Assembly (NCBI GenBank): GCA_028023455.1
Contig: JAQFVV010000005.1
Span: 21,824,001-21,888,000 of the forward strand
DNA from: Epiperipatus broadwayi
Taxonomy: Eukaryota > Animalia > Onychophora
Direction: 5' to 3'
DNA length: 64,000 nucleotides
Shown here: piece by piece, positions 14,780 to 26,824 of the stretch
How positions within the stretch are numbered: the stretch's first letter is position 1
Layout of the letters: every line of letters begins with the position of its first letter
Translations under genes and position numbers: made by a program
The notes under the pieces: generated by a model
What the model was told of the DNA's origin: nothing
Seen by the model: only the letters and a program-made list of their open reading frames with translations
Database searches by the model: none

Positions 14780-14900
14780 AAAACAGACAAAACTCTCCGT
14801 ACAGTAGTGCCACTCAGTGCAAGCCAGAATTTTGCTCATTTTAATAACAGTTATGAGCAAGCATAAGAAATGGTGATCATGTGATGTTTAGTCATTTAAC
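14780..14900 (-). repeat. Internally deleted copy of repeat family B
   Basis: aaaacag(a/g)caaaactctcc.tacagtagtgcc...gcataagaaatggtgatcatgtgatgttt is shared with 15945-16000, 16185-16225 and 24195-24360; the left part is also shared with 40170-40330. Confidence 0.7.
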
Positions 14901-16431
14901 CTTTTGTCTGATGAATGTTTTTATTGGCCAGATTGAGTAAAAACTTGAGTGATTTGATTCATTAAATACGGATCTAGCCAGTTTCCTTTCTGAAATATAT
15001 TAATGTACATAATCAGAATTGTTTTAATTTAGCTTCTAAAAATTGAATTATTCTACATTCAAATTTGTTAAATGTAATGAAAAACTTAAAATAATGTTAA
15101 TAACTGAAGAAAAACATATGGAAAATAACCTGCAGTAAAACAAAGGAATTGTATTTCAACCAATCATTACATGAAAAAGACTGATTTCTTGTGTCTTAGA
15201 AACTATGATAGCTGATTGTTCAGTTCTGTTAACTTTTCTTCATCTAAAATAAAATATTTTAAATAAAAATCTAAATCAAGCCACATTATTAGTCAATATA
15301 GTGTAAAAAAATAATCATAAAATCCATAAATATTTATGAAAAATAGTTGCATTTTGTTAGCTATTCCTGAATGTCATTGATATGGAAATAGCGGTCAACG
15401 TTGTCTTGAATAGTGGTCCAGCACTATTCACTTTTTTTTTATCATTCTTTTTGTAAAATTTAAAAATTTTTAAATCAAAGTTAAGAGAAATATATTTATT
15501 TACATTCAAAATCTCTTACAAAGGCATAAAACATTATGGTTTGATTTCTGACTTTGACAGTTAGAATTGCCTTGAGAACAATAGCTGAAATTGAGAGTCA
15601 GTGCTTTGCAGCATTTTATAAGGGAAAAGAGGCAGGACTATATACAATTGACCACAATCAAAAATCAATTTTTTGCGAAAAATAATGCCAATAACTGATT
15701 TTTTGGAAATTTAAATTTAAATACCGATAAAGCTACGAATTTGCAATAAAATAAGCTTAAAGTAGCAAAAATGCAACCAAGAATTTCCAATAGATGGCGC
15801 ATAATTTTTCTGGTTTCCAGTTCGAAGTCCTGAAAAAAATGTAGTCGCCCTCAGATACACTTTCACCAAAAAAGTCATTCCCAACATCTAAAAGTTTGGC
15901 CACCCCTGGTATATAGTATAGAATTACAATCATTTTGAAAATTAAAACAGGCAAAACTCTAATGTGCTAGTATAAGAAATAGTGATCATGTGACATTTTG
16001 AAAATTGTTTTCCGAAGTTGATATTTCTCCAAATAGCTTTTTGTACAGTTAATCATTTAGCCACTTTCTATCAGTTAATGTAATAACTGTCAATGATGTG
16101 GAATATATTCAAAGTCCATCTAGTTTAAAAATTACACAATTATGGATTGTTTATTATGAGCCATTTAACATTATTTATTCACAGAGGCATAAGCATAAAG
16201 AATGGTGATCATGTGATGTTTGATATATTACTTGTTCATAGCAATCGAACCCAACGTGAAGGTTATGCAGTAGAATTTGCAAACATCAGAATATTTATTT
16301 TGTTTAAAAGATTTCAACATCATGTGTTAACTGAATTTAAAAAACTATTCAAAGAAAATGGCTGCCACATTAATATTTTAATTTATATATTTAATACATT
16401 GTACAGGCTTAAACCTGCATTTATATATGTA

Positions 16432-16812
16432 ATATAAGCGGGGTTCGAACTCAGACTTTCACACAACCCACCACTCTCAGTGCCATCTCATATTGCTGAC
16501 CCACCTGATCACATACATGTTGAAAAGATAAATAATCACCAATATACGTATTTCATGCTAAACCAGCAATCTGAGTACTGATTATATATATGTGTGAGGA
16601 TAGTAATCTAGACCAATTGATCTGAGTACTGATTATATATATGTGTGAGGATAGTAATCTAGACCAATTGATGATTGCTGGTTTAACATGAAATACGTAT
16701 ATTGGTGATTATTTATCTTTTCAACATGTGTGTGATCAGGTGGGTCAGCAATATGAGATGGCACTGAGAGTGGTGGGTTGTGTGAAAGTCTGAGTTCGAA
16801 CCCCGTTTATAT
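16432..16812. mobile_element. Palindromic copy of HHR-bearing family A (140-bp arms, 51-bp tandem repeat in the spacer)
   Basis: 16432-16571 is the reverse complement of 16673-16812 with few mismatches; degenerate HHR on + at 16663-16706. Confidence 0.88.
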
Positions 16813-16860
16813 ATTTTAAAAAACTGTAGGATTAATTTTTGACATACTCTAGATATATAT

Positions 16861-17952
16861 AAATATTTGAAAACCAGGCAGCTCTTCACAAACCTGTGAA
16901 CTTAATTGTAAGTATAGAGGATTTGAACTCAGATTTTCAAGCACCCTTCAACTATCCACACTATCTCATACAACTGATACACATGACCACACACATGTAG
17001 AAAAGATTTATAATCACCAATATACGTATTTCATGCTAAACCAGCACTCATCAGTTGGTCCAGATTATCATCTCTCACACATATGTATAATCAATGCTCA
17101 GTTTATATTAAGGTAGCAAATCTTCGTACTTTAATGAACAGGCTTCAATCCACTGCAACCTCCAACTTTTCAGCCATCCATATCATTGAAAATCTGATGA
17201 AAACTCAAATCCCATGCTGATGCTAATATTATTGCCATGCCCATGTTGACCTGAAGTCACTCTGATCCCTCATGTATAGGACAGTATCCATTAAATACAT
17301 ATAAGAGGGATGGACAGGATACAAACTTGATATGTAAATATTTGAAAACCAGGCACTCTTCACAAACCTGGGAGCTTAATTTTAAGTATAGAGGATTTGA
17401 ACTCGGATTTTCAAGCACCCTTCAACTATCCACACTATCTCATACAACTGATACACATGACCATACACATAGTGTGGATAGTTGAAGGGTCCACACTATC
17501 TCATACAACTGATACACATGACCACACACATGTAGAAAAGATACACATGACCACACACATGTAGAAAAGATTTATAATTATAAATCTTTTCTACATGTGT
17601 GTGGTCATGTGTATCAGTTGTATGAGATAGTGTGGATAGTTGAAGGGTGCTTGAAAATCTGAGTTCAAATCCTCTATACTTACAATTAAGCTCCCAGGTT
17701 TGTGAAGAGAGCCTGGTTTTCAAATATTTACATATCAAGCTTGTATCCTGTCCATCCCTCATATGTATTTAATGGATACTGTCCTATACATGAGGGGTCA
17801 GAGTGACTTCAGGTCAACATGGGCATGGCAATAATATTAGCATCAGCATGGGATATGAGTTTTCATCATCAGATTTTCAATGATATGGATGGCTAAAAAG
17901 TTGGAGGTTGCAGTGGATTGAAGCCTGTCCATTAAAGTATGAAGATTTTATA
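16861..17952 (-). mobile_element. Retrozyme-like insertion: 475-bp tandem unit plus fold-back inverted arm
   Basis: aaatatttgaaaaccaggca at 16861 and 17336 (period 475); spacer-less palindrome centre at 17577/17578; inverted arm 17578-17948; tctagatatatata on both sides (16848-61, 17953-66). Confidence 0.85.
17016..17059 (-). ncRNA. Minimal type I hammerhead ribozyme (intact core)
   Basis: Minus strand ACCAA-CUGAUGA-GUGCU(GGUUU)AGCAU-GAAA-UACGUA-UA-UUGGU. Full catalytic core, stems I and II, palindromic stem III (AUACGUAU), AUA cleavage triplet; stem I extends AUAAUC/GAUUAU beyond a UGG bulge. Confidence 0.88.
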
Positions 17953-20684
17953 TCTAGATATATATATATATAATATATTCAAGATTTTATTTTTATTAAG
18001 TATCTACTGACAAAAAATGGAAGTCTAGTTCATAATTTATTGGAATAATAAACAGACTATCAATATAGTCTGTAATTAAAATAATATTAGATAAAAAATG
18101 AATTTTAAAAATTTGTGGCAGCTATAGCATACATTCTCCATGCTAAAAAGACCCGCTATTTATTTTTGAAAATGAAAAATATTCTTATAAATTTAAATTG
18201 CCCTGAGATTTTGGAATATCCTAATGTAATATCTCATGATTTCATAAAGATTATTGTTAGAAAATATATCAATTAACAAAAAAGATGGGGAAATCATATC
18301 AATGGTCAAATTCACACTGATATTGTTTGGATCTTAAGAAATCAATAAGTTTTAAACAAAAGAGTTTTTCTCACTATGTATATAGAATTGACTTTAAATG
18401 CATTTTAAATGAAAGTAGAACTTTATTACTATGTGTGTGTTTCTGAATATCATTGATATGTAAATGAATAGTTAAATTATTGATTTGTAAATAATTTTTG
18501 TACTCCAAAGCAGTAGTTTAATAAGAAATTGAAATTACACCAACTGGACAGATTAAGATTTCAAGATAATGTTTTTTGATTTAAGTAAATCAGTATTTAA
18601 ATAATACAGAAACTTCACAAAACAATAATGCTACCACTTGAATATTTATAAGATATTTTACAAAAGGAACAAACCCTAATATAAATTCATAGTTTGGCCT
18701 TATGTAAAGTGTTTCACTTATCATTTGCATCATTAGTAGTTTTATTTTAGAGATTGCTCAATAAGTGATTTATTGAAAAATACATTTCATAAATCTAAAA
18801 AGTTGTTTCGGTCAAGTTATTTTGACCATTTGCTACTCACTTGATCATCGTCATAATTAATAGGCATCATTCATTTTAACTAACTCATAATTGAAATTAT
18901 ATTCATTATAAAGTAATGATCGCACTGTCAAGATAAGCACATCTAGAGTTAAACTTGCAATATTATGTTATTATCAATTAAATATTTTGTATGATCTTTT
19001 AATTCTTTGGTATTCCTTTTTTATTTTATCTGTCTACTGTTGTCCATTTAGTTCACATTTTGCTTCTTTCGTCATCTTTGTAGATTATTGATTTCTTGCA
19101 CTTAAATCTTATTTACTTTATAGTTGAGGGAATGATGAGTTGTGGATTTTTTTACTGTTTGTAGCCTAATTTTATTAATTTTAGTTTGTTTTTCTGATCT
19201 GAATAAGAAGCTATAATTTTATAATCAATACAAAGTTTTTACAATTAGTCATGCCTTCTCTGACATTGTTTTAATCTAGTATTATATATCATTATTTGGA
19301 AAGTCTTGATGCCAAATAGCATTTGGCAATAGTAAATTTTATTTTACAAATTATCTTAGTTTTAGAGAAAATGGTCATCCTTCCACAAAAGTTATGTTCT
19401 TGTCATAGTTACATTAAAAAATGTAATACATCCACTAAAAACATAGTTGTACTGTTCAGCATAATAGAAGTTTTTGATACATGTCTCATTAAAAAAACCA
19501 ATAGCTGTTTGCTCAGGAGGTCACGTGACATTTAGCTCTTGGGTCCACCATTTTACAACTGTGACTCTTTCTATAAATAACTTCAGATTAATAGATTGAA
19601 ATTAGGCAGTGGATTGATTAGAAAATGTGTTTAATAGTCTCAGAATGAAAATTAATGTGGGAAAAAAATATGAAAATGGGAAGTTGCGGTAAATATTTAG
19701 ACAACAATTTTAATAGATCAAGTTGGGAAGTGTAACTATTTGCATAGTGGCTTAGTGAGGATGGACGCAATTAAAAATTTAAAATGGGAATTAATGGTTC
19801 AACAAGCTTTTAATCTGAGACAGATTTTATTGCTTAAATAAATAATTAAATGATTTATTGCTCAGTAGTTGATAAGAAATATGAGCTCGGTGCCATGACC
19901 CATAGACCTTGAGCTCCACTGCATCAAATCATACACAGCAAAAAAATATTTAATTGTTTATTATTGTTCAGGAGTTCAAAAGAAATTTGAGAACTGAAAG
20001 TGACAGCTGATATCTCGATCCATCTTCAGAATCTGTCCCTCCATCATCGCAACTAAATCATGCTTAACCACTGAGATGTTAATTGAAGAAAAGAGACATA
20101 AAATGTTTAGATGTTACAGCTTTCTGAAATAGAAAACTAAAAAGCAAAGAGAAGGAAAATGTTTGTAAGATCTAGATATGACACGAAGAATAAACTTGTA
20201 ATAAATGAAGTATTGGAAGGAGTAAGAAAGACATATAATAAGGAAGAAAAATTGGCATTTAGTCAGAAAAAAAAAGAATTTTAAATAAGATTGTAGAAAG
20301 AAAGTATTCTAAGAATTTTAAATATGATTGTAGAGAGAAAGTATTCTAATAAAGTGGCAGTGGATAAAATTGTTTTGCAATACTACAGAAATGAATAAGT
20401 ATCACATAATGGTGGCAATTTCTATTGCCACTGACAGTGAGTATGTCTATTGATTTCTAGAGTCCATTAACTAAATCAATTTTTATATAATTGACTGTTA
20501 GAGAATATATAATAATGCCATTATGTAAAAACTTATTGCAGGCCTAAATTTGATTATAGAAAATGAGTATAATATGGATTGTATTAAAAGCATTTTTAAT
20601 TTTCTCATAATTATTAATTCTCATAAAAAAATATGATTTAGGATCTTTATTTATTTATTTTTTACAATTTTTTTTTTTTTTTAG

Positions 20685-20808
20685 GCAAATTGAACAGCTT
20701 CGGCGCTGTGAAATCATTAAAGAAAGTGAAGTAAAAGCTCTCTGTGCCAAAGCCAGAGAAATTCTTGTTGAAGAAAGCAATGTTCAGCGAGTAGATTCCC
20801 CTGTAACT
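20685..20808 (+). CDS. PPP4C: PP4 catalytic subunit, coding exon (R|QIEQLRRC...VDSPVT)
   Basis: Poly-T tract + ttag acceptor (20681-84), gtaagt donor at 20809; 1+123 nt encode [41 protein letters not shown], near-identical to the metazoan PP4c N-terminus. Confidence 0.96.
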
Positions 20809-22834
20809 GTAAGTAAATAGTAAATGCATCATTGAGATAAATGTTTATATTTTGAAGGATAAAAAAATATGTGATATTTTCTTAGCAGTCTGTATCAGTA
20901 GCCGAAATTCACTCTTATCACATTAGCACAGAGCCATCCATGTGAGCATGAGTAATCAATGGACAGCAAATGGTATCCATTGATTAGGAATGCTGTAAAG
21001 AAATGATAGTTATTAATGCAGATGTTAAATATAAGTTGGAAAGTCATGTGATAATTTGGTATATAAACACTAAGTTAAGTCTTAAGTTGTATTTTAAATT
21101 GAAGTTTTTTAATCAAGGGAATAGTTATTCATAATTATAGATCCTCCCTTTGTAAACTTTTTTAACTCTCAATAATGATCATTGTTGGATTAACATTGAT
21201 CCATTTTCATTCTTTTTAACACATTTTATTCTAACATCTTATGCTCAGTTAGTATGTTCAATTATCTTGATTATGAGAAATATATATATATATTTCCCCC
21301 ACTAAAAAAAGGATCTGTAATGATATAAATAAAACTTCAACTCAAACTCAGAATCCTAGAATACTACAATTTGACCTATTTTGATATACGGATGTGCAGC
21401 CATCTTAATAGAAGCATTAAAAAATATAATACCAAGAAAAAATTACAAATTTGCCAGAATACCCTATAATAATAAGTTAAAGACAATGTGACAGCTTGTT
21501 AGAGATTGATTACTGGCTGTTTCAGTCCAAAGATTGATTATCATCTTCAGTGACTCATCTCTGAAAATGGTAAAAAAATTAGTCTGCTTTCTAATTTATA
21601 GTATTGCTGCAGATAGAGACAATGTAAGATATTTTTCCATTGCTTGTTTATTTTTTTTAATTAGTCATTGTTTATTAATAGCTTTTATTCATTGTAGTAT
21701 TGCTCTTGTTTCCTTATATGGTTTTTATTTTTTATTTTTTTTTGGTGGGAAAGTAATTATGACTGATATCTGTTCTGTTTGGAAGACTGTCACAGTAACT
21801 AGTATATTGTTGCAAAATTTTCATTATTATTCTAATGGATTTACATCTCTAGAATCACAAGACCTCTAGCATATATTAATCTGCATTAAATAGTGGCAAC
21901 TTCTTCCCATTTTATAATCTGTCCATGTAAGAAATGAATATCAGTAGTGGACAATGTTTTACAACAAAATCTATGCACCATTTTTTTTACCTATGAGTAT
22001 ATATGCATGGTGTAATAATGTACTATAGAAAAAAAATTGCAATTTAAACATTGCTTACTTTAAAATCAGACTTCTGAATCTGCTTTGGTTTCACCAGTCT
22101 TAATATTTCATATGAAACAGAATATTTTTCAAATTTGAATCTGTCAAATGTATCTTCATTTTATTTTTTATTAGTTTTATTGATGCAGTGAAGGATGAAC
22201 AATTATAAAATGAAAGTTTAAAACAATTACAGATTCACTCTAAAATTAGTTCTCAGAATTAGGCAAGTGTGAAACGCCTGCAGTAAATGCAGAGCAATCT
22301 TTTTTTTAGTTTGACTAGAAATTGACTTTAATAAAAATTGTTTGGATTACAATCTTACCAAGATCTAACCTTTTTCTTTTTATAATCGGGAATTCAGTAT
22401 GCCAAAATTAAATTCCACAGTGCATCATAGTTTCGCCGCCCTTGAAGAAAGCAATCCATATTAAAATGACCTATTTGAAGGAAGCCATTTATCCAAAAAT
22501 TGATCGCAGAAGTTTAAACTACCATCTACATATCTTTGACTACTGAATACTTAGATTGTTTCTAATCACCTTCCCCTAGCCCCTCTTTGATCAGAATAAA
22601 TCTTAAAACTGATATAAATATTTATATGTTGGCTATATTGTATTAAAAACAAAAAATAATCAAATAGCTTTATTGCTCAAGAACTCATAAGAAATTTAAG
22701 TATGGCAGCATTTGTTTATCAACTATATTTAATTAAAATTGTTATTTGCAGTTTCAAGATTCTTTTTACATAATTGATGTTTCATCAAATTTACTTGAGT
22801 TTTGTTTTATGTTTTTTTATTTGTTTGTTTCAAG

Positions 22835-22987
22835 GTTTGTGGAGATATTCATGGGCAGTTTTATGATCTCAAAGAACTATTCAAAGTGGGAGGAGATGTC
22901 CCTGATACTAATTACCTTTTTATGGGTGACTTTGTTGACAGAGGCTTTTACAGTGTAGAAACATTTCTTTTATTATTAGCATTAAAG
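22835..22987 (+). CDS. PPP4C: PP4 catalytic subunit, coding exon (VCGDIHGQF...LLALK)
   Basis: caag acceptor, gtaaga donor; 51 codons containing the PPP-family GDIHG and GDFVDRG motifs. Confidence 0.97.
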
Positions 22988-23477
22988 GTAAGATATAATT
23001 TAGTACAACGTCTTTTATTTGAAAAAGAGTTTGGAGTAGATGTAGATTTAATGTTAATTATGGATTACACCACTTAAATAACTACTTTTGTTAATTGCAT
23101 TTTATATCCTTATTTTTATTTTCAGAATTATTAATTAATCTTCTTTTGCTTCAGTCTTTTACTGTTTTTTTCTTTCATAATCAGTTTGTTTTATAAAATA
23201 TTTATTCAAAATAAAGATTATTTTTAATATTTTCTTTGTTATATATAACTATTTTTTATATAAAATAAAGGAATTAATATTGATTTATTTTTCATTAATC
23301 ATTTTCATATATATATTAGGTAGAGTGGCCTCTATCTTCTCTAATAGTAATTATTGAATAAATCAGCAGGTTCAAAAATCATTTCTATTTGCCTTTAATC
23401 TATTTTGGATATTTTTTTCCATTTGCCTATTTTTTTTTTTTTTTTTTACGAATGTAGGATTAGGTAAATTGCATTTT

Positions 23478-23580
23478 ATTTTTTTTTTTCAAGTGTCATA
23501 GCATCGGCCGGGACGCGAACCCGCAACCCGGGCAACTGCCTGCAAGTGCAAGGCAGTCGCGCTGACCTCTCGAACTGCAT
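23478..23580 (-). mobile_element. tRNA-Gly-derived short SINE or pseudogene with A-rich tail
   Basis: Minus strand GCCCGGGTTGCGGGTTCGCGTCCCGGCCGATGC matches the tRNA-Gly(GCC) T-arm and acceptor 3' end (B-box-like); A-box-like TCGAGAGG; followed by a poly-A run. Confidence 0.65.
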
Positions 23581-24194
23581 ATATCATTGAAATATGTGCA
23601 ATCAAATAAATTAATGTGGTAAAGATTAATAGTAAATAATGCAGAAATAGAAATACCACTTTGTCACCAATTCACACTTTTTTTGGTGAATTATTTTTGA
23701 CTTTATAAATTTGATAATACATTTGAAAAGATAGAAAAAGAAGAAGAAGAAGTTTATAAATATATTTTAGTAATGAAAGCTAGAATTATCATAGCATTAT
23801 ATATGAGTAACAATTATTAATAGTAAAATATTTTTATCCAATGTATTTGACAAGTTATAGCAAATATTATGGAAATAAATATTTTAGAACCGATCAGCTT
23901 ACATTGCCATGCACGTTGAAAAATACCTTTACACAGGTTTTTTGATTTTAAATGTAAGATATCTTAACAGCATATGTCATTTAATACTTTTGTTTTTGAG
24001 AATTAGTTTATTTCAAAATTTTATATTGCTATTGAGAACAATCTTTTAATAATATGACCAGTGAAAATGCTTGGTATTATAATCGGTAGATTAATTAAAT
24101 TGTGTAATTTACTGCTATTGAATGTTACAAGATATAAAGGAAACTATATGTTCAACTTATATTAAAATATATATATACATGCAAATGTAATATT

Positions 24195-24360
24195 AAAACA
24201 GGCAAAACTCTCCATACAGTAGTGCCAATCAGACTAATCAATGGATGCCAGAAGGCTTGTGCATAAAATCCCTATCTAATGCCTTCGTCAGTGAGGAGCT
24301 TTAATGACAGATATGTGCTAGCATAAGAAATGGTGATCATGTGATGTTTAGTGGTTTAAC
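24195..24360 (-). repeat. Family B copy with the HHR largely deleted
   Basis: Colinear with 40170-40330 but lacks ~40 nt spanning stems II and III; retains CUGACGA on the minus strand. Confidence 0.7.
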
Positions 24361-25374
24361 AAATGTAATATTGCTATTATATCATCCTTGGTTTTGAGTC
24401 TTTCCATCTTTTCCATATTTAGAATGATTCAACTATACATTTTTCAATCCTTTTCTTACTTATTATAAACCTGCCATTTGTCTAAACTTAAAACAGATAT
24501 TAGGGGTACTATATATATTAACATTTTAATATACATAGATTCTATCTGTACATATATTTTTATGCATAAAAAATTTAGGGACTTTTTTTTTTTAACTTCA
24601 TCAAAAATTTTAAAGACCGCTGCCTTCTCTCCCAACTTCACCATTAAAAATTATTCACTTGTCAATATAATGTACATATCCCCCAATAAGAGTGCCAGTT
24701 TAATAGCGTTTCACTATAACCATTGCTGCTTTTTACAAAGTGCACTCAATATTTTTGTTTGAGATTTATATCGAATGTTAGTTTATTTTAAGGTTGTGAG
24801 TATTCCTACATATCTCTTGACATTTTCTCAAACTCTATAAAATTTATTATATATTATTTAGGTATGCATATGGAATAAATTCAAAGAAAAAGTTTAATTA
24901 CTTAATTATTATACTCAGAGCTGGTTGTATTTTTAGGCAAATGAGACAATTGCCTAGATATGTTGAGTAAAATGGATTACTTGAAATTCCATGAGTCATA
25001 ATTTTTTTTTTTAATACTTCTGTAAATCTCATTGAAATCAGTTTTTTATGTCTATAATATTATTTAATAGAATTAATTTTATATTTGTTTTGACTATCTG
25101 TGTAAATAAATTTTTTTTCTAGAAAAAAAAAAAAAATACAAATTATAATTTTGTTCTAATTTTTGGTAATGTGGATAAATGTATAATTTATAATAATAGA
25201 AATACACCTGTCAGTTATTTTTACTATTTACTGTTAATAATAGCACTGCCAGAAATTTAATGAGGGTGCACAACTGAAATATTAGTGTGTTCTTGTCAGC
25301 TTGTGCCAAATAAATCTGGTTTGGAAAAAGAAGAAAGTCAAAAATTATGTTTTACAATTTATATTTATAATATA

Positions 25375-25689
25375 TAAGGGATTTGAACTCAGACTTTCAT
25401 ATGACCCACAACTGATTATACACATGTTGAAAAGATAAATAATCATCAATATACGTATTTCATGCTAAACCAGTAATCATCACTTGGTCCAGATTACTAT
25501 CTCCATATATATATATACAATCAGTGCTCAGCTTTATATTAAGATAACCAATCTTCAAACTTTAATGGACAGGCTTCAAACTACTCCACCCCACAACTCT
25601 TCAGCTATCCATTTCATTGAAAATCTGATGATAAAATGTTCAAAGCCCTCGTTGGGTCGTTGAAAGTCTGAGTTCAATTGAATCCCTTA
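25375..25689 (-). mobile_element. Family A copy with degenerate HHR (25445-25488) and ~30-bp terminal inversion
   Basis: Colinear with 16920-17200; the HHR reads ACCAA-GUGAUGA...GAAA-UACGUA-UA-UUGAU (C3 lost); taagggatttgaactcagactttca is inverted at 25661-25689. Confidence 0.8.
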
Positions 25690-26824
25690 TTTATTACATT
25701 ATCTATGTGCAGGCGTGTGTAAACCTGTACATGGTATTAATTTATATTTATGTTGCTAATGATATTAATTTACTTTATATTTGCATAGAAACACATTTCA
25801 ATTATCAAAAAAATTGATCCTAGTAACAGAAAAAGTGTAATTGTTTCCTTTCACCACCCTGGTCTACATTAATGATTATTTATATTTTATATATAAGTTT
25901 ATGGAAGAGAGCTGAATAATAATTCATATGTTAGAGACATAATGAAATCAATTCAACTACTATATATACTATATATTTGTGATATAATTTTTTAAAAAAG
26001 CAATCTTATTTTTTACAGCATGCACAATATTATTATTATATATATATATTGTAATACTTCACAAGAATATGTGGTCAGTGACTAATATGGTGTCAAAATT
26101 TTTTAAAATTGCTGAACCAGGTTTTCGATACAGAGCATCTTTATCAATGCTGGCTTTAATGAAGATGCTACATATAAACTTATTTTATTAGTGTTTTTCA
26201 AATTTTGGGTATAGACTTCAATAAATACAAAAAAATATTGTTTTAAAATTATGTATACTGTATGCTAAAACTGCTGAAAATTAGAATAATATAGCAATTC
26301 AGTTTAATGTATGAAAAAAGATAACCTGAAAATTTTGTTTTACTATTTAAAAAAGAAGAAAGTAGAGGCTAATATGATTTCCTTCAAAACTGAATTGAAC
26401 TTAATAATAGGGGCTGACAGGGAAGTATGTCTTTTTTAAATTATTTTAAATATTATTGGTAGTATTATGTTTCAAATTAATGTGCACTTTTATTGAAAAA
26501 TAATAATAATTAGTAGGCTTTATAAAATCACTTTTTACAAATAGTAATCATCGTTCAAAGAAGTGCTGATACATTGTAGCAATAAAGCATTAATATTTTT
26601 CATTTACATAATTAGGTTTTTTTTTCCAATTTTGTTTATAAATATTTAATTAATTGTATTAATAAAATAATATAGCATTGATTTTTGATTTATCCTGCAA
26701 AATAGCATTTCACTTAATAATAGATCCACCCCCATTCTGTCACTTTAGTAAAAGATTTTTTTTTTCATGGGGAAAGTTAAACTTGATTCAAAGATTAAAT
26801 AGAAAAATGAGATGTCCTTTAGAC

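Noticed and set aside
20409-20442. ATG...GACA|gtgagt as the PPP4C start exon
   Set aside because: Phase 1 donor, but the downstream exon needs phase 2; the peptide is unlike the PP4c N-terminus.
21515-21557. Minus-strand CUGAAGA...GAAA motif
   Set aside because: No coherent stem II closure or stem I.
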